Assembly: GCA_050951805.1 (NCBI GenBank)
Contig: JBMNJT010000002.1
Span: forward strand, 832,001 to 896,000
DNA from: Bacillota bacterium
GTDB lineage: Bacteria > Bacillota > DTU025
Direction: 5' to 3'
DNA length: 64,000 nt
The notes beneath the pieces were generated by a model. That model was not told the DNA's origin. It saw only the letters and a list, made by a program, of their open reading frames with translations, and ran no database searches. The position numbers and the translations under genes are program-made. Positions 19,932 through 29,291 of this stretch are shown one piece after another. Within the stretch, counting starts at the first letter, position 1. Each line of letters begins with the position of its first letter.

Positions 19932-21254
19932 ATGAAAAAGCTTGCAGTGATACTTGCAGCAGCTATGATTGCAACCGTGGCACTGCCTGTCGCAGCCGCG
20001 AACGTCAGTGTCGGCGGGAAGCTCGACAGCAAGATGATGTATGACTTTGGCGCCGATACTCCCAGCGCCGAGACGAATCTCAAACTCAACTTGAACGTTG
20101 GGCCCATAGGCAGCCAGACTATCACCGGCGTGATTGAATTCAATCCGTGGCTGATAGCTGAGAAGAACGGCTGTGGCATGGCGCCTAAGCCCGTAGAGAA
20201 CGGTGATCCAGTACCGGGAGCGATAAGAAGGGCGTATCTCGAGGCAGTCGGTCCTTACTGGACTGATGGTCCAGCTGTAACAAGCAGGCTTGGAGATCTG
20301 GAACTTGCATACTCTCCGTTCATACTCTCTACGGAGGCTCTGAACGGGATGTCAGTTTCTGGCATTGCTTACGGACCTGTCGAGGCTGGCGTGTTCCACG
20401 GATTCGACAAGGGAATCCGCGCCAGGGGCGCTCGCGTAGCGGCTGGAGTAGCCAACGTGGCTGTTGATGCTTCAGCAGTGAAGGTCGGAGACGATGAACT
20501 GGATTACGCAGCCTACGCCATTGCGACGCCGATTCCGGGCCTCGCGCTTGACGCAACCTATGCTGCACAGACCAATACGAAGGCAGCGGCAATCAGGGCC
20601 AATGCGGCCGCTAAGGTTCCATATCTTCCGCTGGATGTGATAGCCACGGCTGGTTATCGCAGCACAGACCTTGCCTTCAATCCCACTTACAGGTGGATGG
20701 AAGAGGGCAACCCAGTCGACGGTGAGCAGGGGAAAGCCGCTGTCACCGCTGGCCTTGCCACATCATACGCCGGATTCGACGTGGCTCTTAACGGCGAGAT
20801 TCTCGGCGATGACGACGACGGCAAGCTCGATGACGGGCGTTCCATCGGCGCCACGGTAGGAACTGCTATCTCGGGGTTCGATCTTACAGCCGGCCACAAG
20901 GTGACACAGACCATGGGAGAGAAGATCGAGACCCACAACACCACTACGCTCGGCATAGCCATGAAAGAGCGCGAGGTGCTGCCCAATATGCTGATAAGCG
21001 CCAGCTATAATGCAGCGATGCCTGATTTTTCACTTGCGGAAACCAGGCATATTGCGAAAGCCTCTGTGGACGCAGATGTTTCAGTGTTGAAGGGCATAAA
21101 GGTGTCGGCACTGTACGATACGAAGCCTGCGACTGGAAAGCCTGGGCGCGAGTTGGGCATCGAGTATGGCGCGCCATGCGGTGTCAAGCTCGGCTACTCG
21201 TGCAACGACCTCAACACCAACATGGTCTACGCCGGTATGGAAGTGGAGTTCTAG
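19932..21254 (+). CDS. Secreted protein, putative outer-membrane beta-barrel (440 aa)
   Basis: Sec signal (MKKLAVILAAAMIATVALPVAAA), alternating amphipathic strands, C-terminal VYAGMEVEF, no TM helices in the mature part. Confidence 0.6.
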   Translation: MKKLAVILAAAMIATVALPVAAANVSVGGKLDSKMMYDFGADTPSAETNLKLNLNVGPIGSQTITGVIEFNPWLIAEKNGCGMAPKPVENGDPVPGAIRRAYLEAVGPYWTDGPAVTSRLGDLELAYSPFILSTEALNGMSVSGIAYGPVEAGVFHGFDKGIRARGARVAAGVANVAVDASAVKVGDDELDYAAYAIATPIPGLALDATYAAQTNTKAAAIRANAAAKVPYLPLDVIATAGYRSTDLAFNPTYRWMEEGNPVDGEQGKAAVTAGLATSYAGFDVALNGEILGDDDDGKLDDGRSIGATVGTAISGFDLTAGHKVTQTMGEKIETHNTTTLGIAMKEREVLPNMLISASYNAAMPDFSLAETRHIAKASVDADVSVLKGIKVSALYDTKPATGKPGRELGIEYGAPCGVKLGYSCNDLNTNMVYAGMEVEF

Positions 21255-21314
21255 TATCGATCACCGGCAAGCTTCGTGATCCGCGGACTGCGCGGAATCA
21301 CTGAAGAATCGAGT

Positions 21315-21339
21315 AGGGGGGCGGTCTGTCCGCCCTCCT
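21315..21339 (+). terminator. Terminator-like hairpin
   Basis: AGGGGGGCGG-tctgt-CCGCCCTCCT after the beta-barrel gene. Confidence 0.45.
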
Positions 21340-21734
21340 CCCTCGCCGGATAAGCTTGAGCAGTCTCTTGTCCATCGCTCTGCGAAATCAACATCCGTAT
21401 TTACAACCCCATGTGTATCCCTTTGCTTTTGGCCCGTTCAATGGCGCGGAAGCCGTAGCTTGAATCTGAGGCCTCCGGGCTGAAGGCGGATGTAAGAATC
21501 TAGTGAATAGGCTGGTCCAAAACCGTTGGGACGCCAAACAGCATAAAACTCCTGTAGTCTCTCCAGAGTCATTCCATCCACTTTGGGAGTGCTGCAAAGA
21601 TGTTCTGCTGATCTACGATCAATCCCATCAGCGGATGCCCTGCTTGTCCGCGGGAGTGCTCGTCGGGTTGTGCCGAAGAAACGCTCTGCTTCCCCATACC
21701 ATTGCGAACTCACCGTATCACTCGTTTGCTCCTT

Positions 21735-22973
21735 TTATGGCATACGCAAGAGCTGGCCGGGGTATATGTCGCTGCTGATCATGGTATTTGCTGCGATTAT
21801 TGCCTCCACTGGAATGCCGAATGCTGCCGATATTGAGTGCAATGTGTCTCCTGGCTGAACGACATATTCGGATGCTCCGCTCTGAGCTCTCATCTGCGCG
21901 GCAGTCCGCGGACCTCCGGGTATGCGAAGTCTCTGTCCAACATATATGTTCGTGCTTGTCAGGTTGTTTGCAGACATAATTGCCTGAACTGTTGTGCCGA
22001 ATCTCCGGGCAATCAGGAAAAGCGTGTCGCCTGGCTGTACAACGTAATCTGTGCCGATTATGGGTGGAGCTCCTGTCGGTCCAGGCAAGAACAGAACTTG
22101 GCCTACTGAGATAATGTCGGTAGTCAAGTTGTTTGTCCGCCGTATTGCCTCCACTGTCGTGCCGAATCTACGGGCGATGAGATAGAGCGTGTCGCCGGAC
22201 CTTACAATATATGTTCCCGGGGCAGGGGTCGGAAAAGGGACTCCCGCGTCAATCACGACCGGGGTACCCACCGATACCTGGGTAAAAAGGGCTTCTACGT
22301 CCGGAGTATACATTCTGATGCAGCCATTAGAAACGGCATGTCCGATGGACTGTGGTTGATTTGTGCCGTGTATGCCGTGCCCCTGTCGAGTGAAGCCCAT
22401 CCATCTTGTGCCAAAAACCCCGCCGGGGTTGAGGGCTTTGTTCAATATGCTCCAGTTGCCCACGGGAGTTGGGGTTGCTGGTTTGCCTATGGCCACAGGA
22501 TACTGTGCCGACTCCCTTTCGCTCTGCAGGAGTGTGAGTCTGCGTTGGGATAGGCTGACATGGATTGATGGGCCCTGCCGACTCTTTGAGCTAGCGGAAA
22601 GGGCGAGCTCAGACCCGCCGTTTGTGGATTTGTCTTTATCTGCTGAAATACACATTCTGCCTGCGGAGGACCGATCGGAATATCCACGGTAATCCACAGT
22701 ATTGTCATAGCGAAGTGAGTCATCGGGACAGAATACCTCGTCCGGAAGGGGAAGGCCGTCAAAGAGGAGTCTCCACGTCTGGGCGTCTACGATCCCGGTT
22801 TCTGGCAGGCCCACACTAGCCTGGAATTGCTTTACTGCGAGTTCAGTTCGTATTCCGAACACGTTGTCCACTTCGCCCAAGGGGAAACCCTTGAAGGCGA
22901 GTTGTTCCTGGAGATTTCCCACGGGTATGGCTATCATCCCGCGCATAAGCACGAGCGGCTTGCGTTCATCCAA
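21735..22973 (-). CDS. L,D-transpeptidase (YkuD) with N-terminal PG-binding domain and three C-terminal LysM repeats
   Basis: GIHGT...SNGCIRM; three Y.V..GDTL repeats; no signal peptide, possibly spore-associated. Confidence 0.88.
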   Translation of the reverse strand: MDERKPLVLMRGMIAIPVGNLQEQLAFKGFPLGEVDNVFGIRTELAVKQFQASVGLPETGIVDAQTWRLLFDGLPLPDEVFCPDDSLRYDNTVDYRGYSDRSSAGRMCISADKDKSTNGGSELALSASSKSRQGPSIHVSLSQRRLTLLQSERESAQYPVAIGKPATPTPVGNWSILNKALNPGGVFGTRWMGFTRQGHGIHGTNQPQSIGHAVSNGCIRMYTPDVEALFTQVSVGTPVVIDAGVPFPTPAPGTYIVRSGDTLYLIARRFGTTVEAIRRTNNLTTDIISVGQVLFLPGPTGAPPIIGTDYVVQPGDTLFLIARRFGTTVQAIMSANNLTSTNIYVGQRLRIPGGPRTAAQMRAQSGASEYVVQPGDTLHSISAAFGIPVEAIIAANTMISSDIYPGQLLRMP

Positions 22974-23032
22974 TTTCCATCACCGCCTATTGCCTTTCTG
23001 AGGTATTATACGCGCTCAGGCACAAATAGGTT

Positions 23033-23059
23033 GAAGGATTCCTGCGACGCTTGTTGAAT
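23033..23059 (+). promoter_or_regulatory. Putative sigma-H promoter
   Basis: GAAGGATTC-11 nt-GTTGAAT upstream of msmX. Confidence 0.45.
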
Positions 23060-23117
23060 ATCAGAAGTTAGCAGGTGGGCTCATATGCCACCGATTAATA
23101 TAAAGGGAGGTTACACC

Positions 23118-24224
23118 ATGGCTGGTGTCACATTAGAGCATGTGACCAAGAAGTTCGGAAACGTAGTCGCAGTAAACGATGCAGACTTGGAGATCAAGGA
23201 CAAGGAATTCTTAGTGTTGGTTGGGCCTTCTGGATGCGGAAAATCGACCACCCTCCGAATGGTGGCGGGACTTGAGGAGATAACCTCGGGCAACATATAC
23301 ATCGGAGACACGCTGGTCAATGATATCCCTCCAAAAGACCGCGATATCGCAATGGTATTTCAGAACTACGCGCTCTACCCTCACATGGACGTCTACAACA
23401 ACATGGCTTTCGGCCTGAAGCTTCGCAAGTTTCCAAAAGAGCAGATTGACGAGAGAGTCAAAGATGCCGCGAGGATACTCGGCATAGAGAATCTCCTCGA
23501 TCGCAAGCCGAAGGCGCTCTCAGGAGGCCAGAGGCAGCGTGTGGCTGTGGGCCGCGCCATCGTCCGCGAGCCCAAGGTGTTTTTGATGGATGAACCGCTA
23601 TCCAACCTCGATGCGAAGCTCAGGGTCCAGATGAGGTCAGAGTTGTCAAAGCTCCATAACAGGCTGCAAACGACTATCATCTATGTGACGCACGACCAGA
23701 CTGAGGCCATGACCATGGGCGACCGCATAGTAGTTATGAAGGATGGTTTCATCAAGCAGGTCGGTGCGCCGCTGGAGATATATCAGTATCCAGACAACAT
23801 GTTCGTCGCAGGCTTTATTGGAAGCCCGGCGATGAACTTCATCCCTGGCGTTCTGCGCAAAAAGGGTGATGGTTACATCATGGATTGCGAGAGCTTCCAA
23901 ATAACGGTGCCAGGGAACAGGTTCAAGGATCTCGGCAAGTACGTTGACGAGAGAATGGTTCTTGGAATTCGTCCTGAGAATATCCAGGATGCGGATTTCG
24001 TGGAAGATGCGCCTGCAGACAGGACGGTCAAGTGCATGGTTGACGTGGTTGAGCCTATGGGCGCAGAGGCCTACCTGTATTTGACGGTGGGCCCGCATTC
24101 CTTTGTGGCAAGGGTCAACCCTCGGACAACGGCGCGAGACGGGGAACCGCATGCAGTCGTGTTGAATATGGAAGAGTGCCATCTCTTCGAAGCAAGCACG
24201 GAGAATGCCATCGCCATTAAGTAG
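23118..24224 (+). CDS. msmX: Sugar ABC transporter ATPase (MsmX/MalK family)
   Basis: GPSGCGKST, FQNYALYPHM, LSGGQRQ, C-terminal TOBE-like region; no adjacent permeases. Confidence 0.92.
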   Translation: MAGVTLEHVTKKFGNVVAVNDADLEIKDKEFLVLVGPSGCGKSTTLRMVAGLEEITSGNIYIGDTLVNDIPPKDRDIAMVFQNYALYPHMDVYNNMAFGLKLRKFPKEQIDERVKDAARILGIENLLDRKPKALSGGQRQRVAVGRAIVREPKVFLMDEPLSNLDAKLRVQMRSELSKLHNRLQTTIIYVTHDQTEAMTMGDRIVVMKDGFIKQVGAPLEIYQYPDNMFVAGFIGSPAMNFIPGVLRKKGDGYIMDCESFQITVPGNRFKDLGKYVDERMVLGIRPENIQDADFVEDAPADRTVKCMVDVVEPMGAEAYLYLTVGPHSFVARVNPRTTARDGEPHAVVLNMEECHLFEASTENAIAIK

Positions 24225-24238
24225 ACATGGGGATAATA

Positions 24239-24267
24239 ATGCCGGGGCCTCTCTTTGGCCCCGGCAT
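24239..24267 (+). terminator. Terminator-like hairpin
   Basis: ATGCCGGGGCC-7 nt-GGCCCCGGCAT. Confidence 0.55.
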
Positions 24268-24305
24268 GCTATTGTACGGACTGATATTGGACAGGGGGCG
24301 CTGAA

Positions 24306-25298
24306 ATGAAGAACAAGATTGAGCATGGAAAACGCCATTTCATCGGTGTAGATTTGGGCGGCACAAAGATCGCTTCGGTGCTGGTCAATGAGGATAACCT
24401 TCCGCTAGCCAATGTTCAGATGCCAACATGTCCCGAAGAGGGGCAGGATGCTGTAATGGAGAGGATTATCGCTTCAATTAGCGAGCTTGCGTCGAAACTT
24501 CCAGGGGGAATCGATGATGTTGAAGCCATAGGCATTGGGTCGCCAGGCCCTCTTGATAAGGAATTGGGTATGGTAGTGGATGCGCCAAACCTCAAATGGA
24601 AAGATGTCCCAGTCACATCAACGATACATGTTGCGACCGGACTTCCGGTATATCTCGAAAACGATGCCAATGTGGCCGCACTGGCTGAGAACCGTATGGG
24701 AGTGGGCCGCGGGACGAAGAACATGGTCTACATAACGGTGAGCACTGGTATTGGAAGCGGACTTATCCTCGATGGCAGACTTTATTCGGGAACCACGGGC
24801 GGTGCAGGCGAACTAGGTCACGTTACCGTGGTGCCTGACGGTCCTATGTGCGGGTGCGGCAACAGAGGTTGTCTTGAGTCCTTGGCTTCGGGGACAGCGA
24901 TTGCCAAGCGTGCGCGGGAGGCAGCTACCCGTACCGCTGGCAGCGGAATTCTTTCGGCAGCCGGTGGCAAGATCGACAATATCGATGCGGTACTCGTGTC
25001 CTCTTGTGCTGAAGCAGGAGATCCTATGGCGACAGCAATATTGCGGAACGCTTTCGAATATCTTGGTATTGTGGTCGCGAATATGGTGAATTTGCTCAAC
25101 GTGGAGATGGTGGTTATCGGCGGGGGGGTATCCCAGATAGGCGGCATGCTTTTCGACACGGTCAGACGGGTAGTGGATTTGCGCGCTTTTCCGTTCATGG
25201 CTAAAGATGCCAAGATCGTTCCTGCTGCTTTAGGGGTAGATGCGGGGATGTTGGGCGCGGCGTGCTACGCCATGGAGAAGCAGTCTGGGGAAGATTGA
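24306..25298 (+). CDS. glcK: ROK-family glucokinase
   Basis: GVDLGGT, ENDAN, GELGH, CGCGNRGCLE. Confidence 0.88.
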   Translation: MKNKIEHGKRHFIGVDLGGTKIASVLVNEDNLPLANVQMPTCPEEGQDAVMERIIASISELASKLPGGIDDVEAIGIGSPGPLDKELGMVVDAPNLKWKDVPVTSTIHVATGLPVYLENDANVAALAENRMGVGRGTKNMVYITVSTGIGSGLILDGRLYSGTTGGAGELGHVTVVPDGPMCGCGNRGCLESLASGTAIAKRAREAATRTAGSGILSAAGGKIDNIDAVLVSSCAEAGDPMATAILRNAFEYLGIVVANMVNLLNVEMVVIGGGVSQIGGMLFDTVRRVVDLRAFPFMAKDAKIVPAALGVDAGMLGAACYAMEKQSGED

Positions 25299-25337
25299 GC
25301 CCAGAGCGGTAGGATATGATTATCCGGGGGGAAGACT

Positions 25338-26267
25338 GTGAAAAGACTATGCCTGGCACTTATCATTGTGCTCTTGCCGGCGCTGGCGGTGATGATGTGG
25401 TCAGCGCGCACGTCCGCGGCGCATTTCCCGGCAGGGGTGGGGCAGAGGCTTATCTGGGAAGCTGATGATCCAGAAGGCGATGATTATGGACCGGGAACAT
25501 ATGTTTATCCCACCAACCCGGCATTCGCCCCGTTCTCCGGATTATTCGACCTAATAGGGTTCAGGGTTTCCTGCGATGATGAGAATGTTTACTTCGACAC
25601 CAAACTGGCCAAGATTTCTAACACTTGGAACGCGCCCGAGGGCTTCAGTCATCAGCTCATCAATATATATATCGACACAACCTCTGGCGCTGGCCGAACC
25701 GATACTCTAAGGGAGGGAGCCTTCGTCTCTTTCGCGCCGGAGTATGCATGGGATGTGAATATCAAGATAATGGGGTGGGGCGGCAGCCGGGTATTCTTCG
25801 CATCTGATAATCCGGCATCGGCTGGTATCATCGAAGGATTGTCAGTTGAGGCTCTTCCCGATGGAAATACTATACGCGCCACCGTGTCGCGACAAGTGAT
25901 CGGAGAACCTCTTGACTCCTGGAAATACTACGTGCTCGTTTCTTCTCAGGATGGCTATGGGCTCGACAACTTCAGGCCGGTCATGGGGGAAGCGGGTCCG
26001 TGGGTTTTTGGTGGAGGTTCTGATCTCAACATCAACCCCAACGTAATAGACATGCTCGCCCCGGAGAGTGGTGTATATTCCCAAGAAAATCAACTAGGTT
26101 CATGGGATCTGTCTGAGCGTCGATACGCCAGGATTGTGCCGGCCAATGCCCAGCTGCACAGGAGGCACCTAACCGTCAGAACCATCATCCTCATTATCGC
26201 TGTGGGCGGCGCTGCGGCGCTGGCATACATCTACTTTAGGGGCAGGAGCAACGTTGGAAGGGGTTAA
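25338..26267 (+). CDS. Glucodextranase/amylopullulanase-type DOMON-like carbohydrate-binding protein, membrane-anchored
   Basis: Signal peptide; DPEGDDYGPGTYVYPT, NTWNAPEGFSHQLINIYID; C-terminal TM with basic tail. Confidence 0.8.
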   Translation: MKRLCLALIIVLLPALAVMMWSARTSAAHFPAGVGQRLIWEADDPEGDDYGPGTYVYPTNPAFAPFSGLFDLIGFRVSCDDENVYFDTKLAKISNTWNAPEGFSHQLINIYIDTTSGAGRTDTLREGAFVSFAPEYAWDVNIKIMGWGGSRVFFASDNPASAGIIEGLSVEALPDGNTIRATVSRQVIGEPLDSWKYYVLVSSQDGYGLDNFRPVMGEAGPWVFGGGSDLNINPNVIDMLAPESGVYSQENQLGSWDLSERRYARIVPANAQLHRRHLTVRTIILIIAVGGAAALAYIYFRGRSNVGRG

Positions 26268-26281
26268 GGGGGAGCACGCCT

Positions 26282-28813
26282 ATGTACGCTAAGTCTACTT
26301 CAAGGATCTGTGCATTCGCAATCGCCTTGTTTGTGCTGATGTTTGGTGTGCCTGCGCAGTCCAGTCTAGGCTGGCCGATCTGGGAATGGGACTGGGATAC
26401 GGAGCCGGCAGAACCTGGCGAACCGCATGTGCCTGCTGAGGCCATGCTCAGTGAGGAGGATCCCTCTGAGGATGACACAGAGCGGATCTTGGATGTTGTA
26501 TTTGCTTTTGGACTCATGGGGAACGTATCTCCTGACAGCGCCGGCCAAGCATCTGCGACCTGTGAAAGGTTGCTCGACGTCCTCCTTTCATATCCTGATA
26601 TGAGGTTTTCGGTTGGAATATCCGGGACGCTTCTGACAGGGTTGGCATGGGAAGGTAGTCGCGCAGTCCAGCTGTTGCGTGATGGGATCGGCAGAGGAGT
26701 CATAGAGCCGCTTGGCGCCACATATTCCGAGGGAGTCTTGGCATCCATGGAACCCTGGGATGCTCAGCTTGCGGTATCATTGGGGTCTGAGGCTGTAAGC
26801 AGCTTCCTGGGCGAAAAGCCCACCGGGTTTTGGAATCCTCAAGGAGTGTGGAGACAGGACGTGATTGTGCCTGTGGCCATCGGCGGATACACCCATACGA
26901 TATTGGAGGATACGATAGTCGAAGCCAGTGGACTTGGAATGCTGCCTCCAAATGCTCCAATGCGCGTCTCATGGGGCGGAAGGGAAGCAGTGCTCTTTCA
27001 GGCAGATACTGATTTCGGTCGGTTAGTTGACAATGCGATTCGCACCGGATCCACACGGCCGGTCATCGACTATCTTCAGCAACTTTATGAAGGGGACAAG
27101 CAGGACTCTGCGGTGGTGGTGTACGCCAAGGAGCTCATGGTGACTGAGGACAAGACTGAATGGGAAGGGCTCTCGCTTCTTCTCAGAGCCTTGGCGGATG
27201 AGGAATGGATCAGGGTGACTACATTGAGAGAAAGAGTGGAAGCTGGTCCTCCGCCAGGCAGCGTGATTCAGATAGCAGATGGGGTGCCCCGGGGATTTCA
27301 GAAGGCTCTGTCGGATGAGGGATTTTCGGATTGGGCGGCGTTCAATTCTTCTCGTAATCTTGAGGCGTTGCGCGTTCTCTATTCTGACATTAGAGCCAGA
27401 ATTCATTCTGTAGAAGCGGCTGTCAGAAAAGCTGAAGCATCCGGGAAAGACACGTCTTCGGCTCAAAGGCTGCTCGACGATGCAAAGATGGTCTTTATAT
27501 CATCCCAGTACGGGTTCGGTCGCCCTGGTTCTGCAGGGGCGGTTTCCGGGGATGCCAACTGGGAGATGGGCAGGGCCGCATACGTGTCAGCTCTCGCCGC
27601 GTGGCAATGCGTAAACCCCACAGTTTCAGCTTATCAAGAGGACATCAACCGCGATGGTGTAGAAGAGGTTATCATGATCACCGATACAGACATGTTCGTT
27701 CTCTCGCCCATAGGCGCAAAACTTTTATATTGGTATGATTTAGAGAACGGCGAGGAGCTTGTAGGAAGCGCGGTACAGCAGTATCTTGGGGAGATATTTG
27801 TTAACGAATCCATGGCTGGCGGCGGCCGTCAAAGAGCACTGGTTGATTCGATTTCAGGTCCTGCTGCGGTCGGGATTGATCTCTCTTCAGCCGAATTTGG
27901 TGTCGAGATAGGTGAGGATTCTCCCAGCGCGACGTTTGTTTTCAAGGATGGCGGCACCGCAATTGAAAAATCGGTGGCGGCAAAAGAAGGGGCTCTCGAA
28001 GTCGACTACACCGTCAGATCGCGTGGTCGCATCAGCTTTGCTGTATCGAATGGCTTATGCCCGGATGCGCATTGGACTAGGATAGGCGGTAAGGATTCCC
28101 TCGTTTACTATGATCCCAATGGAGCAGTGGCAAGTTCTCTTAGGCAGGGGAAGAGTTTTGGCCTGATGAACGTGGTTACCGGAACTGTCGTGAGACTCAC
28201 TGTCGGTGGTGATCGCGACGATGGTGTGCCCCTATCCCGGGTCTCTTCCACGTTGGACAGCTTTGTCAGACGTCTCGATCTTGAGTATAAATTCGCCATG
28301 GCGCCAGGTGCTTCTGCGAATTTCGGCTTTGAACTTCAGCGGAGCAAGGCATGGCCTTCTCCATCTGCGGTCCTTTGGATTCAGGAAGTAGACAATGAGA
28401 TAGTTGTCGGGCTTCCCACCTATACGAGGGCATGCGCGATTCGTCAGTTTGTCGACGGATATGTTACTGATACGCCAATGGTGGCTTTTTCCTCGACGCT
28501 CAAGAAGGCAAGGAAAGGGCAGGAGAAGTCAGCGTTGGAAGTTGGGGCGCCCTTGCCAAAAGGCAGATATGATCTGGTTGCAGTCTTGGTTACAGACAGA
28601 AAGGCTTTGATCGAGAATGCAGGTTCTTATGTCAGTGGCACGGGCAAGCACGAGTTCTTTCCCGAAGTGCGCGATTCTGTGGTGGAGATAACGCCTGGTT
28701 ATACCAGAGTCGGCGGGACAGTTGTGATGTGGGTTGCCATTGGCGTAGGTGCCGGAGTAGTGGTGGCGGGTGTAATAGTCTACCTTCGAAGACGCAAGGT
28801 TTCCGGCGCATAA
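26282..28813 (+). CDS. Exported, membrane-anchored GH57-like protein with degenerate active site
   Basis: Signal peptide; GH57 4-alpha-glucanotransferase-like segments (ISGTLL, IEPLGATYSE, GFWNPQGVW, DINRDGVEE); C-terminal TM plus RRRK. Confidence 0.72.
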   Translation: MYAKSTSRICAFAIALFVLMFGVPAQSSLGWPIWEWDWDTEPAEPGEPHVPAEAMLSEEDPSEDDTERILDVVFAFGLMGNVSPDSAGQASATCERLLDVLLSYPDMRFSVGISGTLLTGLAWEGSRAVQLLRDGIGRGVIEPLGATYSEGVLASMEPWDAQLAVSLGSEAVSSFLGEKPTGFWNPQGVWRQDVIVPVAIGGYTHTILEDTIVEASGLGMLPPNAPMRVSWGGREAVLFQADTDFGRLVDNAIRTGSTRPVIDYLQQLYEGDKQDSAVVVYAKELMVTEDKTEWEGLSLLLRALADEEWIRVTTLRERVEAGPPPGSVIQIADGVPRGFQKALSDEGFSDWAAFNSSRNLEALRVLYSDIRARIHSVEAAVRKAEASGKDTSSAQRLLDDAKMVFISSQYGFGRPGSAGAVSGDANWEMGRAAYVSALAAWQCVNPTVSAYQEDINRDGVEEVIMITDTDMFVLSPIGAKLLYWYDLENGEELVGSAVQQYLGEIFVNESMAGGGRQRALVDSISGPAAVGIDLSSAEFGVEIGEDSPSATFVFKDGGTAIEKSVAAKEGALEVDYTVRSRGRISFAVSNGLCPDAHWTRIGGKDSLVYYDPNGAVASSLRQGKSFGLMNVVTGTVVRLTVGGDRDDGVPLSRVSSTLDSFVRRLDLEYKFAMAPGASANFGFELQRSKAWPSPSAVLWIQEVDNEIVVGLPTYTRACAIRQFVDGYVTDTPMVAFSSTLKKARKGQEKSALEVGAPLPKGRYDLVAVLVTDRKALIENAGSYVSGTGKHEFFPEVRDSVVEITPGYTRVGGTVVMWVAIGVGAGVVVAGVIVYLRRRKVSGA

Positions 28814-28835
28814 TTCATCCTTCATAGCCAATTAT

Positions 28836-28868
28836 AAGACTGCGGTTTGAAGTTCAGACCGCAGTCTT
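28836..28868 (+). terminator. Intrinsic terminator hairpin, apparent intron target
   Basis: AAGACTGCGGTTTGAA-G-TTCAGACCGCAGTCTT. Confidence 0.75.
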
Positions 28869-28871
28869 GTG

Positions 28872-29265
28872 GTTCGCCGAACATGTTTTGCGAGCCGAAG
28901 TTGGCCTGTCAGGTGGGCAACCCTGTGCTGAGTGGAAAAGCCTGAAAGCGGGATAACCTGAGGGTTCGGGCGGACAGACTTAACAAGGGGAGCCCTATAT
29001 CATCCGGAACGCTACAAATCATAAACAAAGAGGGATGCAAGGACAGGAAGACATGGTGCATAGCGGCAGATGAGGCCGTGGTAGTTATTGATCCTAATGC
29101 TGATAGGAACGGGGGAGCCGGGCCTGTTCAGTAGAGCACCAAAGCCTGGCGGGGTAGATTCCCTTCGAGCTAGAGATGCCTCACAAAATACGAGGTCGGC
29201 ATCTTGCATCTCTTCAATGAAGCAAAGCGACCAAGGGTTGCCTACCTGGCGCCACCTTACTCGAT
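28872..29265 (+). mobile_element. Internally deleted group II intron relic (no ORF, no domain V)
   Basis: Starts GTTCGCCGAACATG 3 nt after the hairpin; DIII-like GGCAGATGAGGCCGTGGTAGT; 29179-29242 matches 1164-1227 (55/64) and 29243-29265 matches 1287-1309 (22/23). Confidence 0.85.
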
Positions 29266-29291
29266 CTATGTCCTTCAAAGAGGGGTGTTTT

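Noticed and set aside
21388-21713. Short minus-strand ORFs after the LysM gene (possible pseudogene)
   Set aside because: A GGAG precedes a GTG, but I could not assign a family or verify coding status.
29088-29291. 68-aa N-terminal extension of GT4 in the ORF track
   Set aside because: It is intron-relic sequence; RBS and family start are at 29292.
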